Positions 20,052 through 25,636 of a stretch of DNA of 25,638 nucleotides are shown here, one piece after another. The stretch spans positions 1 to 25,638 of the IMG/VR virus record IMGVR_UViG_3300005662_000208; one strand, 5' to 3'. Each line of letters opens with the position of its first letter. Position 1 is the stretch's first letter. A program made the position numbers and the translations under genes. The notes beneath the pieces were generated by a model. It had not been told where the DNA came from. It saw only the letters and a program-made list of their open reading frames with translations, and made no database searches. Origin of the DNA: a virus (Duplodnaviria > Caudoviricetes).

Positions 20052-21968
20052 TTATGACCTCTTTAATTCCCCATTAGAGTAACTTGATGTGTAATATTCG
20101 CTACCAGAAAATAAAGTACCAGATGAATCATCTCCAGATTCAATCACATCCTTTACCATATTTATTCTACTTTTTGATACATCAAAAGACAGATATAAAT
20201 CTTTTAATCCAATTACGTCATTAGATTCTGGGAATGCTTGTATTTCTATAATATTATTTGTCAAAACAGTTGAGGTTATATTCAATACCCCCAACATTAT
20301 TTCTCCAGTCTCATAATTGACGCTTCCTGCAGATTGAATTACTATGGTAGGTTCAGATTTTTCTCCACTCGAATTTGGTGAAGTATTTTCTTTTACTACA
20401 GAAATTATACCACTCTTTAAATCTGAATTTGGAACATCTGTCAGATATACTAAATCAGAAACTCCAAAGATATTAAATCCTGTTGATTTAATATTTTTCC
20501 CTTTTGAATTTGCATAGAAACGATTTCCAAAGCAAATTTCATATTGAGTTGGAGAACTTATGTTTACCTTTAAATCTCTTCTAATTCTTACCTTCGTAAT
20601 ATTAGATGTAATTGCAGAATCTGTTGAGTCAATTACTTGAAGTACTTTACTGTACTTAAATCTGCCAGAAAAAGAATTCAAATATATTGATTTAGAATAT
20701 TCATTTAAAGAACTAATAATACTAGTTTTTAAGTTATTTGGCGAATCTACCTTTGAATAATTATAATAAATCGCAGAATCAATCTCAACATAAAGAATTT
20801 TCAAATCCATAATTTCTGGATTAATTCCAGCTATAGAATATTGCCTCAGTTTATTTTTAATTTGCTCTTTATCAAAGTCCGACACAAAAGTTCCATTTTG
20901 AGGTTTAATACTAATAATTACTTTACCATATTGTGGTGGGTCCAATTCTTCTCCACCCACAACTGATATTGCTTCTGCTTTAGGGTAGATTTTAGATTTA
21001 ATAATTGTTTCATAATCTCTACCAGTAACTGCTCTGTATTGAGAAGAATATAATCTAGGTGCATATGATCTAATTGATTCTATACTCTCTATATCAGATC
21101 CATTATTAGATTTTTCAATCGTCGTTATCTGAACTCCATTCAGTAAAGATACAATTGTTCCATCATCACCTTTAAATGATCCAGCAAATGCAAATTCAGA
21201 TACATCATTGCCATTTTTACCATCACTGACAATATATGTGACTGTAACTATGGAATCATTTTCAAGTTTTTTTCCAAAAATTCCATCTCCAAATAAAATT
21301 TCATACTTTTCATCTACTATTTCTTGAATCAAGAAGATTTCAGAGTTTTTATCGATCTCAAAAATATTATCTACAAGTTTATATTGTTTCCCAATACCAG
21401 TATCGCTTATACCTTTTACATAAACTCTAATTGTTGATGTATCAATAAAAGAATTATCTAAAATAAATTTTTGATTAGTAGAATTATTGACTGTAAATTC
21501 TGCCTTTAAAAAAGTGCCTTCATTTATAGTAATGTTTTCAAATGATGCTATATTATTTTCTACGGTAGATGTTATATTTTCTGGAACAGAGAATTGATAA
21601 GAAGATCCTTTTGTAGTTCCTTTGCAAACAAGACCAGATTGTAGAGTAAGTGTCTTATAGTTATTTGCAGGTACAGAAAAAGAAACAACAGCACTTGCGG
21701 AAGTTTTTGATCTTGGAACATATCCAATATTTCTTGCTAAAGAAACTACGTTTTCTCTTAGGGTTGCAGAATCTAAAAAAGATTCATTTGCAACCATATT
21801 AGCATTGAATGATGTAATATATGTGTTATATGCAAGAGTATCAATTAAAACTGAAAAATTTGATCCTTCAAAATCAAAATCAGTAAAATTTGAATTTGAA
21901 CGAAGATAATCTTTAATAGATGTTCGAATTTGATCGAAGTCTAAATTAGCAAACTTTGTAAAAGGCAT
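20052..21968 (-). CDS. gp6: Baseplate wedge subunit gp6 (638 aa)
   Basis: LDFDQIRTSIKDYL...FTDFDFEGSNFSVLIDTLAYNT...NESFLDSATLRENVVSLARNIGY, FGDGIFGK and QYRAVTGRDY are classic gp6 motifs. Confidence 0.95.
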   Translation of the reverse strand: MPFTKFANLDFDQIRTSIKDYLRSNSNFTDFDFEGSNFSVLIDTLAYNTYITSFNANMVANESFLDSATLRENVVSLARNIGYVPRSKTSASAVVSFSVPANNYKTLTLQSGLVCKGTTKGSSYQFSVPENITSTVENNIASFENITINEGTFLKAEFTVNNSTNQKFILDNSFIDTSTIRVYVKGISDTGIGKQYKLVDNIFEIDKNSEIFLIQEIVDEKYEILFGDGIFGKKLENDSIVTVTYIVSDGKNGNDVSEFAFAGSFKGDDGTIVSLLNGVQITTIEKSNNGSDIESIESIRSYAPRLYSSQYRAVTGRDYETIIKSKIYPKAEAISVVGGEELDPPQYGKVIISIKPQNGTFVSDFDKEQIKNKLRQYSIAGINPEIMDLKILYVEIDSAIYYNYSKVDSPNNLKTSIISSLNEYSKSIYLNSFSGRFKYSKVLQVIDSTDSAITSNITKVRIRRDLKVNISSPTQYEICFGNRFYANSKGKNIKSTGFNIFGVSDLVYLTDVPNSDLKSGIISVVKENTSPNSSGEKSEPTIVIQSAGSVNYETGEIMLGVLNITSTVLTNNIIEIQAFPESNDVIGLKDLYLSFDVSKSRINMVKDVIESGDDSSGTLFSGSEYYTSSYSNGELKRS

Positions 21969-21969
21969 T

Positions 21970-22371
21970 TTATCTAGTCGCCTCTAAAATGAAGGAAAAT
22001 TGTTGTACTGGAACTTCTTGACCTATAATATTAAAAATTACGGTAACATTAAACTCATTCGTATCTGGACTTGGTTCAACTTCAATTTCAACATTATCAA
22101 CTCTTGGTTCATAGTTTGAAATTGTATTTGTTATTTGATCTTTTATAATTGAAGATGTACCAAAATCCACAAATTCAAATAAACTTCTTCTAATATCAGA
22201 TCCCAGTAAAGGATTAAAAAATCTTTCACTGGGAATTGTCTCTACCAAATTGCGAATAGCACGAATAATTGCGTTTTGATTCGTTAAAATTGGCAAATCT
22301 TTAGTTATTGGATGTGGTTCAAAGGATAGACTAATATCTTTAAAAGATCTAGATATCCTAGTTATTGCCAT
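21970..22371 (-). CDS. gp25: Baseplate wedge subunit gp25 (133 aa)
   Basis: FKDISLSF..HP..KDL..L.N..AI.RAIRNLV.T...ERFFNP.LGS...YEPRV; directly upstream of gp6. Confidence 0.95.
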   Translation of the reverse strand: MAITRISRSFKDISLSFEPHPITKDLPILTNQNAIIRAIRNLVETIPSERFFNPLLGSDIRRSLFEFVDFGTSSIIKDQITNTISNYEPRVDNVEIEVEPSPDTNEFNVTVIFNIIGQEVPVQQFSFILEATR

Positions 22372-22390
22372 TTGTATAGAAACTTTTTTT

Positions 22391-22398
22391 TATTTATG
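22391..22398 (-). promoter_or_regulatory. Probable late promoter CATAAATA upstream of gp25
   Basis: NATAAATA variant overlapping the stop codon of the upstream ORF, 19 nt before the gp25 ATG. Confidence 0.65.
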
Positions 22399-22642
22399 TT
22401 GATTTCCAAGAAGATCCATAGTTTGGTTCTGTTCCATATTCCCAATCATCATAATCTTCATCATTTCTAATTTTTTCATGCAAATCAAGTTGATTTTTAA
22501 AATTATGTTTGGGTGCAACATCGTGCATAATTTCTTGAATCACTCTTTTAGTAGGTTCTGGACTATAATCAGTAATTAATTTATCAGTCCCCCACATTGA
22601 ATGCATATATTCTTTATTTCCATCTACGGGTAAATTCGACAT
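22394..22642 (-). CDS. Conserved cyanophage hypothetical protein (82 aa, acidic C-terminus)
   Basis: ORF with AGGAG SD, motifs MWGTxxLITDY and HEKIRNDEDYDDWEYGTEP, located just upstream of gp25. Confidence 0.8.
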   Translation of the reverse strand: MSNLPVDGNKEYMHSMWGTDKLITDYSPEPTKRVIQEIMHDVAPKHNFKNQLDLHEKIRNDEDYDDWEYGTEPNYGSSWKST

Positions 22643-22645
22643 TTG

Positions 22646-22701
22646 AGCTCCTGTTTTAGTGAATAAAACAGAACTTTTATAAAGGAGGTTGCTATCTCCT
22701 T
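22646..22701 (-). promoter_or_regulatory. Two-hairpin structured leader; the second hairpin sequesters the Shine-Dalgarno sequence
   Basis: Minus strand AAGGAG-ATAGCAAC-CTCCTT (22701-22682), then AGTTCTGTTTTA-TTCAC-TAAAACAGGAGCT (22675-22646), ending 3 nt before the ATG. Confidence 0.55.
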
Positions 22702-22709
22702 ATGTCTAT

Positions 22710-23051
22710 TTAACGATATACTTCTCTTAGCGAATAATTGTCAGAATTTAAGTATTTTAATAACTCAATAGCAATTAATTTTGGATTTCCATCTCCACAA
22801 GTGTATACATCAATTGCAATGCACCCATTTTCAGGCCAAGTATGACAAGAAACATGACTTTCAGAAAGAGCAATAACAATCGTACATCCTTGAGGATAGA
22901 AGCAATGTTGAAAAATATTTAAAATTGTCATTTTTGCTCTCCCAATTCCCCTTTCCATCGCTTCCTGAAGAGAAATAGAGTCATTTAAAAGATTAAAATT
23001 GACATTATACACCTCTAAAAGCAGGTGTTTACCCATTGAAAACTGTTCCAA
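22710..23051 (-). CDS. speD: S-adenosylmethionine decarboxylase proenzyme (pyruvoyl-dependent, class 1b)
   Basis: GKHLLLEVY; F.PQG.T....LSESHVSCHTWPE (E-S autocleavage site); AIDVYTCG (catalytic Cys). Start is TTG at 23051, with an alternative ATG at 23036. Confidence 0.93.
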   Translation of the reverse strand: MEQFSMGKHLLLEVYNVNFNLLNDSISLQEAMERGIGRAKMTILNIFQHCFYPQGCTIVIALSESHVSCHTWPENGCIAIDVYTCGDGNPKLIAIELLKYLNSDNYSLREVYR

Positions 23052-23070
23052 CTCAATTTTAGTAAAAATC

Positions 23071-23078
23071 TATTTATT
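23071..23078 (-). promoter_or_regulatory. Possible late promoter AATAAATA upstream of speD
   Basis: NATAAATA just downstream of a terminator and about 20 nt before the speD start. The AT-rich context lowers specificity. Confidence 0.5.
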
Positions 23079-23093
23079 TTCTTTAAAAATTTA

Positions 23094-23127
23094 AAAAATA
23101 AGTCCAGATATGAGAGATACCTGGACT
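23094..23127 (-). terminator. Rho-independent terminator
   Basis: Minus strand AGTCCAGGTAT-CTCTC-ATATCTGGACT (11-bp stem, one G:U) followed by TATTTTT, 12 nt after the stop of the basic-peptide gene. Confidence 0.8.
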
Positions 23128-23139
23128 CTTTGTTTAAAT

Positions 23140-23292
23140 TTATCCCTTTCCTTGCCCTCTATACTTTTTGCGAGCTTTATTACGAGAAGAAGGGGCGTAT
23201 TTAGTTCCACCACCATCTCCTTGACGAGACTTCTTAGGAGGACCAGGAATATAAGAGGTCTTATTTAGACCTACTTTTGATTTTGCAGCCAT
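23140..23292 (-). CDS. 50-aa highly basic small protein (not in ORF track)
   Basis: MAAKSKVGLNKTSYIPGPPKKSRQGDGGGTKYAPSSRNKARKKYRGQGKG. GGAG SD upstream, terminator downstream, 14 K/R versus 1 D. Confidence 0.82.
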   Translation of the reverse strand: MAAKSKVGLNKTSYIPGPPKKSRQGDGGGTKYAPSSRNKARKKYRGQGKG

Positions 23293-23459
23293 TTAGTTTT
23301 CTCCAATAAAATTTCAGTTTCAAGATCTTCAGGATTTGGAGAACCTGTCTGATAAAATTCTATTGACAGATCCTCCATTACGTCGAAGTATTCTTCTTCT
23401 GTAAGGTGATTGTAAATTTTTATCCCCTTACATAGAATATTATAGCGTCTGTTAGACAT
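23271..23459 (-). CDS. Conserved cyanophage hypothetical protein (62 aa)
   Basis: YNILCKG..IY..LTEEEYFDVMEDLS.EFYQTGSP motif; starts 4 nt after the glycosyltransferase stop. Confidence 0.78.
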   Translation of the reverse strand: MSNRRYNILCKGIKIYNHLTEEEYFDVMEDLSIEFYQTGSPNPEDLETEILLEKTKWLQNQK

Positions 23460-23463
23460 TCAA

Positions 23464-24222
23464 TCAAATAACTCTTGTTTTTTCGTGCCCGACTCTAATA
23501 CGAGGATCGCACCAAATTTCAAATCCTGCTTCCTTTGCATCCAAACAGAAAGATACGTCTTCTCCACACATATCCTGAACGCTACCAGATTCAAAAACTT
23601 GCATCTTCGGTGCAAACCAAGGATATTTCATTTCCGAATGTTCAAAAACACCGTACTTAATCAATACCCATCCAAATCCAGTATAGTCAACTGTAAATGG
23701 TTTACGACGCTTCGAAATGCTTTCAACGGTTTCATGATTCATTACGCCGCCATTGCTTCTAAAGTCATCTTCTTCAAGCCAATGAGCTACAGAAGTTGTA
23801 TGTCCGTCTTCGGTTGCATACCAACCAGCAGCAATATCTTTATTCATTAAAACAAGTTGGAAAAACTTTTCACTATTGAAGACAATATCAGAATCAATCC
23901 ATACTTGCCAATCATATTTAAGTTTTCCATCCCAGGGAACTTGATCTGGTCCACGAAGCACATTGGCTCCTAAACATTTGCATCTTGCAAAATTTACCAT
24001 TGACGAATAATCTTGTGAGATCTGAATACTAGCTCCAGTCTGCACTAAGTCAAAACAAAGTTGAACGAAACTTTTAAGGAAGGTATAAGAAACTCCTCTT
24101 CCAGGGAGGCAAAAGACGATGGATTTTCCTTTTATCATCTCTTTTGCAAATTCATAATCCCATTCTTGTTCTTGAATTTGAGGTGTAGGCGCTTTTGCCT
24201 TTATTGTGAATCCTTTAGCCAT
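23464..24222 (-). CDS. GT-A fold glycosyltransferase-like protein (252 aa)
   Basis: IVFCLPG beta1; SSMVNFARCK; WIDSDIVF (DxD metal motif); GFGWVLIK..VFE; GEDVSFC...KEAGFEIWCDP...VGH. Confidence 0.85.
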   Translation of the reverse strand: MAKGFTIKAKAPTPQIQEQEWDYEFAKEMIKGKSIVFCLPGRGVSYTFLKSFVQLCFDLVQTGASIQISQDYSSMVNFARCKCLGANVLRGPDQVPWDGKLKYDWQVWIDSDIVFNSEKFFQLVLMNKDIAAGWYATEDGHTTSVAHWLEEDDFRSNGGVMNHETVESISKRRKPFTVDYTGFGWVLIKYGVFEHSEMKYPWFAPKMQVFESGSVQDMCGEDVSFCLDAKEAGFEIWCDPRIRVGHEKTRVI

Positions 24223-24246
24223 AAGATAAGGTTTTTTTACTTCAGT

Positions 24247-24275
24247 ATCATACTCTATTATGTATGTCTTGTCAA
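24247..24275 (-). promoter_or_regulatory. Sigma70-type (early) promoter TTGACA-N17-TATGAT
   Basis: -35 TTGACA at 24275-24270, 17-bp spacer, -10 TATGAT at 24252-24247, 24 nt upstream of the glycosyltransferase ATG. Confidence 0.88.
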
Positions 24276-24446
24276 TTATTCTTTCTCAGAGAGAATTACT
24301 TCATTACCTTCCACTGAAAATCGAATTTGAGTGTCTTCGTACCACTCTAATTCATTCATAATTTGCTCTGGAATTTTGATATAATAGTCTCCACTAATTG
24401 GATCAACCTCTATGGATTCAAAAATATCTGCGGATTTTTTTTTCAT
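24276..24446 (-). CDS. AbrB/MazE/SpoVT-like DNA-binding protein (56 aa, not in ORF track)
   Basis: MKKKSADIFESIEVDPISGDYYIKIPEQIMNELEWYEDTQIRFSVEGNEVILSEKE. The IP..I...L.W.E...I.F.VEGN.VIL pattern matches the swapped-hairpin AbrB fold. Confidence 0.75.
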   Translation of the reverse strand: MKKKSADIFESIEVDPISGDYYIKIPEQIMNELEWYEDTQIRFSVEGNEVILSEKE

Positions 24447-24662
24447 TTTCGTATCTATAAAACCTTATTTTATTTTTATATAGCGAAAAAAATATTTTTA
24501 ATATTCAACAATGCTTATTATATTCTCTCTCTTTTTTTGTAAATCCTTATGAGATATAAAAATTGTTCCGGAATTTTTTTATTTAATGGTATTATATTTA
24601 CTTGCCTTCCGTAACACTTTGTAGGTTAGGGTAGTTATGCGTTTTTATACGCGCCCGCGCCA

Positions 24663-24745
24663 CGATGAACGCCACCGCGATGAACTGCCAAACACGAACG
24701 AACGAACTGCCCCCCACGAACGAACGCAGGGGGCAGGGGGAGGGG
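24663..24745. repeat. Low-complexity repeat patch at the end of the GC-rich array
   Basis: cgatgaac x2 (24663, 24678); (acga)n runs at 24694-24707 and 24716-24726; gaactgcc x2; G-runs at 24729-24745. Confidence 0.7.
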
Positions 24746-24943
24746 TCACCCCTGCTGAGAGCGCCACCCGCTGATGGGGCAACGGGCAACGTCGGCAGCG
24801 TGTGCCTCAGCGAACTGGGCAGACCAGATGGTAGCGGGATGACCCACGGGGTCGGTGATGGCATTGAAGTTGCTGCCATCGTTGCGGTAGGCAACCCAGA
24901 CGGTCTGGCGATCACGAAGGCGGGTGGCAGGTGAGAGGCGCAT
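24746..24943 (-). CDS. 65-aa hypothetical early protein (cassette 3)
   Basis: MRLSPATRLRDRQTVWVAYRNDGSNFNAITDPVGHPATIWSAQFAEAHAADVARCPISGWRSQQG. Start reassigned to the CCGATG at 24943, which lies just downstream of the repeated promoter. Confidence 0.7.
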   Translation of the reverse strand: MRLSPATRLRDRQTVWVAYRNDGSNFNAITDPVGHPATIWSAQFAEAHAADVARCPISGWRSQQG

Positions 24944-24954
24944 CGGAGGGGTGT

Positions 24955-25002
24955 GAACTGAGAGAATTGTAGCACGGATCGGGGGGCACGACGGCACCCC
25001 CC
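24955..25002 (-). promoter_or_regulatory. Repeated promoter/leader unit, copy C (extended -10 TGCTACAAT plus upstream GC stem-loop)
   Basis: 24955-24983 is identical over 29 bp to 25509-25537. Hairpin GGGGGGTGC-CGTC-GTGCCCCCC lies at 25002-24981. Confidence 0.8.
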
Positions 25003-25011
25003 ACGAACGGA

Positions 25012-25236
25012 TCAGAGCGGGTTCGCCAGATCCAGGAAGCGATTGACGAACCAACCCAGACCAGTGCCAGGGACCAGGACGCGGGCGATGTCGCGGCGGC
25101 GGATGCGATGGGCAGACTCGTGCCCGCTCTGCCAGTCAACGAAGGCAACGCCCGCCAGCGGGAAGATCTCCAGGGCGGCAACCGCAACGGAGGGGCGGCG
25201 GATGGTGAAGGACAGGTCGGTGATGGGGTTGAGCAT
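25012..25236 (-). CDS. 74-aa small early protein, KTSC-like (cassette 2)
   Basis: MLNPITDLSFTIRRPSVAVAALEIFPLAGVAFVDWQSGHESAHRIRRRDIARVLVPGTGLGWFVNRFLDLANPL. The S.AV..L...P..G.A.V.W..G...RR.I...LG.FVN pattern resembles small cyanophage early proteins and the KTSC domain. Start reassigned to the CCGATG at 25236. Confidence 0.65.
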   Translation of the reverse strand: MLNPITDLSFTIRRPSVAVAALEIFPLAGVAFVDWQSGHESAHRIRRRDIARVLVPGTGLGWFVNRFLDLANPL

Positions 25237-25251
25237 CGGTCGGTGTCGGTT

Positions 25252-25273
25252 GAACTGAGAGAATCCTACCACG
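25252..25273 (-). promoter_or_regulatory. Repeated promoter/leader unit, copy B (extended -10 TGGTAGGAT)
   Basis: Minus strand CGTGGTAGGATTCTCTCAGTTC matches copies A and C at 19/22 positions and directly abuts the hicA stop codon. Confidence 0.72.
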
Positions 25274-25498
25274 TCAGGCGGCGGATTTGGCGGCGATCAG
25301 CAGGGCGTGGAACTTGTGGAATTCGTGAGTCATCCCAGGGGAGAGAGTCGGGCGTCCCTTGCTACCGTGCGCCGGTAGGTGGAAGGTCTGGGAGGTCGCG
25401 GGGTGGGTCACTTTGTCGTGACTGCCACCTGGTTTGATCGACGCGCCTGCCTTTAGGATCAGGCGGCGGGCGTCGCGGACTTTGATCGGAGATGCCAT
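25274..25498 (-). CDS. hicA: HicA-family mRNA interferase-like protein (74 aa; cassette 1)
   Basis: K.RDARRLILKAG....GGSHDKVTHP.....HLPAH.....LSPG: catalytic GSH, then HP, P.H and L..G with the spacing of the dsRBD-fold HicA family. Confidence 0.8.
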   Translation of the reverse strand: MASPIKVRDARRLILKAGASIKPGGSHDKVTHPATSQTFHLPAHGSKGRPTLSPGMTHEFHKFHALLIAAKSAA

Positions 25499-25508
25499 CG
25501 GATCGGTG

Positions 25509-25552
25509 GAACTGAGAGAATTGTAGCACGGATCGGGTGGGGGTCACCCCTG
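25509..25552 (-). promoter_or_regulatory. Repeated promoter/leader unit, copy A (GTGACC-N16-TACAAT with extended TG and a GGGG-TGA-CCCC mini-hairpin)
   Basis: Minus strand CAGGGGTGACCCCCACCCGATCCGTGCTACAATTCTCTCAGTTC, with 29 bp identical to copy C. Confidence 0.8.
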
Positions 25553-25636
25553 GCAAGGGTGCAGAGGGTTTACCACGTCAAACAACCCGAAGCGTCCTCC
25601 ACAGCAGACGTACCCCTCAAAAACCCAATCCGTCGC
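25544..25636 (-). CDS. 3' end of a further cassette gene (partial)
   Basis: Open frame ...ATDWVFEGYVCCGGRFGLFDVVNPLHPCQG* ends in CAGGGGTGA, the same 3' end as cassette 3. The frame choice is inferred. Confidence 0.45.
   Translation of the reverse strand, partial: ATDWVFEGYVCCGGRFGLFDVVNPLHPCQG

Noticed and set aside
458-22371. Introns, inteins, frameshifts or stop-codon reassignment in the giant structural genes
   Set aside because: The ORFs are continuous under the standard code and tightly abutting, and I saw no intein or homing-endonuclease motifs.
23363-23395. Plus-strand TTGACA inside the 62-aa gene as an antisense promoter
   Set aside because: There is no acceptable -10 hexamer at 16-18 bp spacing.
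23485-24330. Plus-strand ORFs 23485-23850 and 24061-24330
   Set aside because: They are antisense to the glycosyltransferase, its promoter and the AbrB-like gene, and have no protein-like features.
24517-24596. Two minus-strand TATAAT hexamers upstream of the AbrB-like gene
   Set aside because: The region is about 80% AT and the best -35 candidate (TTTACA) is at 15-bp spacing, so they cannot be distinguished from chance.
24944-25272. Longer starts given in the track for cassette genes (25054 and 25272)
   Set aside because: These N-terminal extensions run through the promoter repeat, and the 25054 start also overlaps the previous gene. The ATGs at 24943 and 25236 fit the shared leader pattern.
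24955-25537. 29-bp direct repeats as a CRISPR array
   Set aside because: The intervening segments are about 235-270 bp and protein-coding, the repeat contains a promoter -10, and no cas genes are present.
24598-25556. Alternative ORFs in the GC-rich block (24598-24975, 24665-24934, 24912-25187, 25043-25258, 25108-25437, 25362-25556)
   Set aside because: High GC makes spurious open frames common. Two share LQFSQF only because they read through the promoter repeat. The promoter-CCGATG architecture picks out one non-overlapping gene per unit.
25571-25580. Second taccacgtca copy (also at 25267-25276) as a fourth promoter
   Set aside because: It reads TGGTAAACC on the minus strand, lacking the conserved final T of the -10 and the TCTCTCAGTTC tail. 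It probably lies within a coding frame and is at most a decayed copy.
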